From Oculina patagonica (lineage: Eukaryota), in assembly GCF_052425735.1 (NCBI RefSeq), contig NC_135765.1:992001-1056000 (forward strand): a stretch of 64,000 nucleotides of DNA, read 5' to 3'. The position numbers were made by a program, and so were the translations under genes. Of the stretch, positions 58,201 through 64,000 are shown piece by piece; within the stretch, counting starts at the first letter, position 1, and each line of letters begins with the position of its first letter. The notes under the pieces were generated by a model. It saw only the letters and a list, made by a program, of their open reading frames with translations, did no database searches and was not told where the DNA came from.

Positions 58201-61200
58201 CACTTTGATTACAAATCTCTCTTCATGCAACAAGTTTATCTCCAACAGATGGCTCCAAATCTCTTTATTTTGTCGATATGATAGCCACGAAACCTGAAAG
58301 CCTTCATCTTGTTTTACTTTACGTTCTCACCAGATGGAAACTGGGATAAGATCTAACAGCATATAAGCCTTTACCTTTTAATAATTTGTTATTAACATTA
58401 AATTGTATCTTTTAAAGGGTGTTGTGGTGCTGGCTGATCCCCCGACAGCATGTGACTCAATAAAGCCGCAAAATAGTTATAATCAATCAGGTTACTCTGG
58501 AAATTGGTTTCTTCTCATTGATGTGGGCAAGTGTGAGTTTGATACCAAGGTATGTTACAGCATTCATAATAAATTTTGGTCATAAACATCCCTTATAAGG
58601 TCTTTTGTGTAGTTTGATCTTGGATTTAAGAAGAAGTGTTGAATCCTACATTAGAATTCTCTCTGACTCTATAAAATAGTTTCAGCTTGTCCACAGTCTT
58701 TGATCATTTTATACGTGACCACAGTGTACTTGTGAGTTCTGTTCTCTTGGGTCATTTTCGATGTGACAGTCTGGTTTTCTTCCAATCAAATTCCTGAAAT
58801 CTTAACTATCCACTTTGGCTATTGGAAGCCCAGAACGAAATAGCCAAAACTACATTTCTACTAGCCTGTGGCTAGCTGGCTACCGTTAGACTTGAGCCCT
58901 GTTATAGCAATGTGTTTGTTGATTTCATTAAGGGGGCCATGGCTACTAAAGGAGGATTTGATGCCGCTATCATTAGGAGCCTGGAGAGTGATGTTGTTCA
59001 GCCCATTGGTGGAGGCTCAGGCAAGAAACCGAGTCAAACTAACAGTATTGCTATTCCCCTATGCCCTAAAGGTTACATGATATGTGTACCTTTCAACATT
59101 TAAACAGTTCCAAACCCTCACCAGAAACAATTTATACTCACTGAGTGGGGAGGGGCAGTATCTTTCTTTAGCACCTTCAGAGATTGGGTTAGGAGTAAAA
59201 TTCCTTTGAGGGCCAATAATTATTATTGGTTGCATTTTACTCCAATAATTTGCTAACATTACAATTGTGGCAGTAATAAAAATTATAAGACATGTCCATT
59301 TCATGGTTTTTGTGTAACTTGTCACAACAAATCTGCAACTTAAGCTCTCACAGTAAGTCCTTTTGATCTTAGTATTTCAAACAAAATTAATACTGTAGGT
59401 TGGACCCCACATTATTTTTACAGTAGTTCCTGCATTTCATATTTGGCGTTTTTACTTTTCAGATAATAGAAAAGTTAAAGTGCCAGTTGTTTATGTAGGG
59501 AAGGTAAGAAGACATGCTGATTGAATAAAGCAACCTTGTTCAGTGTAAATAACTTTGTTACGGTTGTTAGATATCAATAATTTATTAACTTTATTAAGGG
59601 GACAATATACCTGAATTTGAATGAAAAATTTTAAGAGGTTTAAATTTTGAAACACCACCAGTTAACCCCGAGGCAAGAGCACTCCAGGTTGTCAGGGGAC
59701 TGTCTGGTGTCCGTCTACCAATTTTAAACTAAAAATTTTTAATTTTAAACACACAATAAATCTCCAATATTTCTTATTTCTCTAAATTTTACTAAATCCT
59801 TTGCGAAAAAATTATAACCTCCCAACATCCCCAAATCACCCAAAAATTTACAAAGCACCGTTAAACATACTAGATATATGAGATAATGAGAGTGTTTTTT
59901 AATTGAGTGATAAAAATTAGAACCCCTACGCAGCATGGGACCGTGCTAAATGTATGAATGACAAAAAAGGGTAAATACTACGCTGTAGTCAAAATACTTT
60001 TCCCGAAGTTTCGGCAATGCTGCCTTCTTCAGGGGGACAAAATTATTTCACAGTTTTTGGATTCCTTGAAATGCGAACAAGGTATTTCCATTAAACCTGT
60101 GTTAAGCTGTGAAAAAACCACCTTCAGGTATAATTCGGACCCCTTAAAAAGCTTGTCGATGTTGAGAACAAGAATGGAAGATGTCACTGAACAAGCGTGA
60201 TGTCTGTACTAGGGAAATATTGTCTTCATTCTAAAATTTGTATTTTTTGCATTTGTTAATTTAATTTAATTTTCATCTTCCTATATCAGACCACTGGTGA
60301 AGTCCTGGAAGATAACGATTTTACAAAACAACAGTAAGTAAAAAGCTTTTTATCTTTCTAAACATTCATACTTTGAGCAGAATTAAGAGCCCTCTATGGG
60401 TACCCACAGTCTTCGATTTCTTCGCAATATTTTTGCAAATCTTCGTTTTTTTAAGCATACCTTCGTTTTATCTTCCTTTCTTCCGTGAAATGTGGTGAAA
60501 TGCCAAAATTCAGAAATTACAGATATTTTCTGTAGTGTTTATGAGTTTTGACAGCTTTTTATCGGAGTGTTCAATTTGATCGCGCAAATTTCAGTCAATT
60601 TCAGATCTTCGCTTCAATCTTGAGATCTTCGTTTTTCCATGGTGATCTTTGCATCTTCGATTTCTTCAGATATACCCATAGAGAGGGTCATCAATGACCA
60701 AGGACACACTAATTTTGTTGCATTTTGTTTTTCCTTCTCTCCAGGAACAGCAGAATCCTTCTTACTCCACAAGAATTTCCTCCAATATGGGATTATGAGT
60801 TCTACATGATTCCATTTGCAATTATTGTAGGAATCTGTTTTATTTTGATGGCTATGTTTATGGTGAGTGTATGTCTTTTTTCATAATACAAAGCTGTGCT
60901 CTTAGAATAATTGCAAGATGCTCAAAGGCTCTTTTGACAGAAATCTTGGGTGCCCAGCTCTTAAAAGCTTCCATGATAGCTAAGTTATACAAGTCGCCCA
61001 AAGACAAAAGTAAGTTGCTTGTGGCACCCGGGCTCTGCTTGAGCACAGCTGTAATGAACATTTCATGTACATGTGGCAAGGTTTATGTTAAGTTGTTATG
61101 TAATGGTTCTTTGTAGAGCCATGAGTAAATTTGTGCTTCCTCAATTAACAATGCCAGTGCAATTAAGGTTGAGGAAATCATCTAAAATTTATCGCTTAAA

Positions 61201-62645
61201 ACTTAAAAAACCAGTGCAAAACCTGAGAGCGAAAAGATGAGGATATTTATTGAGGATTCAGACCTGAAAATCGGCGGTGAGCGGAAATGTGTGCCGTCAA
61301 TGAAATTAGGAAGCTGAACCGTGTTTTAGCGGATTATTTTGTGTAAGTAAAGCAGTTCTCTCAACCTAGCTTTGAAATGTTGGATCTGCCAACTATTTCT
61401 TTGTTGTTTGCTTGGTTAAAATGCACTTAACTGTGTTAAAACTAATTCACTACTTATCTTCAAAATGTAGATTAGTCGTTACTACAGGCACTACCTAGAG
61501 CAGCGACGTAACAGGTTGTCCCCAACAAATCTGAGGAAGATTCCAACAAAAAAGTTTAAAAAAGGTGAGTCATTGAAGCACAGAACAAACCATTTAAATA
61601 TGCATTGCTTATCATCAAATTTTCGGTTTAAGCTCTAATTTATAGATTTTAATTGTATCATGATTATATTAATAATATATATCTAGTGTTAGGACCTCTA
61701 TGTAAACCACTTTTAGTGATCACTTTTAGTGATGATCGCGAAATTAAGTACGCACAAAAATTAAGAAGAATAAGGTAGTTAATATCATGGAGAGAATGAC
61801 TGGATGGGTGACTGAATAATGAATGAAGGGACAAACGTTATTTATAAGTAATTTAATTTTAAAAAAACATGGAGTTTTTTTGTTCAAAGCCGGGGTTTTG
61901 CATGTTACAAGTAAAAGTCATGTTGTTGTTATCATGAATTAAGCCAAGTTTTTTAAATACAATACTGATTATTTGTATGTTTAACATCAGGTGACGATTA
62001 CTATGATGTGTGTGCCATTTGTTTGGAGGAGTACAAAGATGGAGAAAGGCTGCGAATTCTTCCTTGTGAGCATGGTAGGTATTTCCTGCCACAAACCAAC
62101 CTTGCAATTTGTATTGGAAAGACCAAGTTGTATCGTAGTGCAAGTTGACTTGAAGTAAAGAAGGGTTGGTGAATGGTTCATTTAAGACTTTGCGAGATGG
62201 TGAGGCTAAAATATTTTTGCAAGCCCTGGACTTTGTTATAGCCTTGCTAAAGGAATCGAGGCTCTGGGACAGTTTTCTGAAAAAAAAATAGAGACAGCAA
62301 AACCCACATAAATTGACAACTCTGTTTTTTCAAGGACCACCGCCCCTAAAAGAGTAGCATTATTTTTTTAGTATCCTAAAAGATTCTAGGGCTCGTAAGT
62401 AACTAATTGCTACCTTATTATTCAAAGCCTACCATTGCAAGTGTGTAGATCCATGGCTGACTGAAGGGAAGCGAACATGTCCAGTGTGCAAGCGACCCGT
62501 ATCAAATGACAACAAAAGAAGAAACAGATCTCGGAGAACTGACGTGGAGGCAGCAGGGGAATCAACAAATGAAGCTGATGAAACAACTCCTCTTATAGCA
62601 TCTACTTCTCAATCAGCTGGCAGCTCAAACTCCATGACGGTGTAG
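55273..62645 (+). CDS. RNF13: PA-TM-RING E3 ubiquitin ligase, RNF13/RNF167 (Godzilla) family, 10 coding exons
   Basis: Exons 55273-55368 (signal peptide), 56295-56384, 58418-58549 (ADPPTAC..KCEFDTK), 58933-59020, 59463-59503, 60290-60333, 60745-60862 (TM), 61471-61564, 61991-62074 ([13 protein letters not shown]) and 62428-62645 ([21 protein letters not shown] dileucine motif). Confidence 0.92.
56565..56645. mobile_element. pogo/Tc1-like MITE left end (host of the Sola-like insertion)
   Basis: TA|CCGTAAAGACCCGTAGATAAGCCGCACC..GGTGCGGCTTATCTGCGGG. Confidence 0.5.
56713..58031. mobile_element. Sola1-like non-autonomous DNA transposon
   Basis: TIRs GGGCAATTCCA / TGGAATTGCCC, 4-bp TSD AAAT (AWWT), repeated internal motif CATGGACGTTAC in both orientations. 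Confidence 0.7.
60001..60037 (-). ncRNA. Degenerate minimal hammerhead motif (Penelope-like element end)
   Basis: Minus strand UCCCC-CUGAAGA-A-GGCA-GCAU-UGCC-GAAA-CUUC-GGGA. Confidence 0.5.
60390..60687. mobile_element. MITE
   Basis: TIRs CCCTCTATGGGTA / TACCCATAGAGAGG; internal CTTCG repeats. Confidence 0.55.
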
Positions 62646-63133
62646 TCAAGAACTGTTTTTAGTACTATGTAGACAGTGAACAACCCTTCTCTAAGAAAGG
62701 ACTGTTGTACAGGAATCCAAAAATTATGAACATTTTTCTAGGTCATCTCTCTCTTAGAAGCACAAAGTTTCCTAGAGACTTCACCGTGTAAGATCTTTCC
62801 ATGTAGTGTGTTGTTAGTCAAATGTAGATAATAGGTTTTAAGAGTTCAGTATTTATTCCTCTAAGGTAGGAGTTCAATCTCCAGTTTTGTTTATCTGGAT
62901 TATGCGTTAGTAAATTCATGTTTCTTTACATGCAAGCAAGAAAAAGTAACAACCAATTTTTAGCAGTGTTAAATCCAATCTCAACTATACCAATTCTCCT
63001 TTCTGGTCTCCATTCATTGGTTTATAGTATAGTTAGGAGATTTGTAGGACAACTAGTCACAGACTTTCTTTCAGGGGATCATTTACATAACTCTGATATT
63101 GGTATATTAATAATAAAATAAATGGTCTCAGTT

Positions 63134-63369
63134 AGGGACCTGTCATTATTTAAAGGGTGGGGTGGGGGGTTGTGCAAATAGGGGGAGGGTCAATGAGATC
63201 TGTACAGGAAAAAAAAGGGGGGCACAAATAGGAAAGTTTAAGGAAGTGAGTAGGTGAGAGGGTAGCAAAAAAATGTGCTTCATAAAAGGGGAAGGTCAGG
63301 AGAATTTGAACATAGCCTCCCCCTTTTGCACCAGCCCTCTGCCCCCTCTGTAAATAATGACTGGTTCCT
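63134..63369. mobile_element. Harbinger-like MITE
   Basis: TIRs AGGGACCTGTCATTATTTA / TAAATAATGACTGGTTCCT. Confidence 0.6.
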
Positions 63370-64000
63370 TACATATATCACCTCAGTTGTGCCATATCTC
63401 CACGGATCCAAATTAAAGCAAAAAATATATTTCTTAGCTGAAGTTTGAGCTTCGCAGTTTTATTGTGGATATTAATACGCTGTGGAGAAAATAAAGGCTT
63501 AACCCCATCTTACACAATCTTATAAGGGATTTTCAATTTAAGGTTAAAGTTTAACTTTCTTTAAATAGGCGAGAAGGGTTCCAAGCTGTGGGGAATATAC
63601 TTATGTGAGCTTTAAGCTACAATTCCATGTAAAAAAGAAACACCTGTCCTCGACCCAATAAACAATGTCAGGCAAAAAGATACCTCTTTGACCACACCCA
63701 CATTTTTTTTGGTAGTTCATTACTAACCTAGTTGTCACTTAATTTTTGGTTTAATTTTTAATAATACAAATTAATGTAATGTAAGACATAACGAACTGGA
63801 GATTGCAAATTGTACCCGTTTGTAATTGTGAAATCCTGATTTCGTGAACTCTTAAAATTTCCAAACCCCCCAATAACTCAATCCAAAAGTTGTTTCCCTT
63901 CCCTGGATTTTTTAAACCAATTTTCATTTCCCCGTGGTCTTCACCGTAGTTAACTTTTTTTAGCAAATTCTACAGACTCTGTTGTAGTGTGTAGAAAAAA

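Overview
AT-rich, intron-dense animal genomic DNA. The repeat families resemble those of anthozoan cnidarians (probably a stony coral); this is an inference, not a verified assignment. Most ORFs in the supplied track are spurious. Reading GT-AG exons by hand gives eight host genes: CAB39/MO25 (-, 5' part only), EBPL (+), a C5orf34 homolog (-), RAB6 (+), ACSL3/4 (+), an MmuM/SAM4-type homocysteine S-methyltransferase (-), NME7 (+) and an RNF13/RNF167-type PA-TM-RING ligase (+). Six of them form three tight head-to-head pairs. The introns carry many transposon relics: a truncated DIRS/Ngaro-type retrotransposon, AcademH-like elements with 9-bp TSDs, hAT-like elements with 5- and 6-bp TSDs, and Sola-, piggyBac-, Harbinger- and Tc1/mariner-type MITEs, plus RTE, L2 and tRNA-SINE fragments. 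The main observations are: (1) a complete type I hammerhead ribozyme core in the sense strand of an ACSL intron, with an upstream antisense copy that could mask it; (2) a gag-TGA-pol in-frame junction suggesting readthrough in the DIRS/Ngaro element; (3) a U12 minor-spliceosome intron in C5orf34; (4) a GC-AG intron in the RNF13 homolog; (5) a decayed duplicate terminal exon in NME7; (6) a transposon insertion that duplicated a splice donor.
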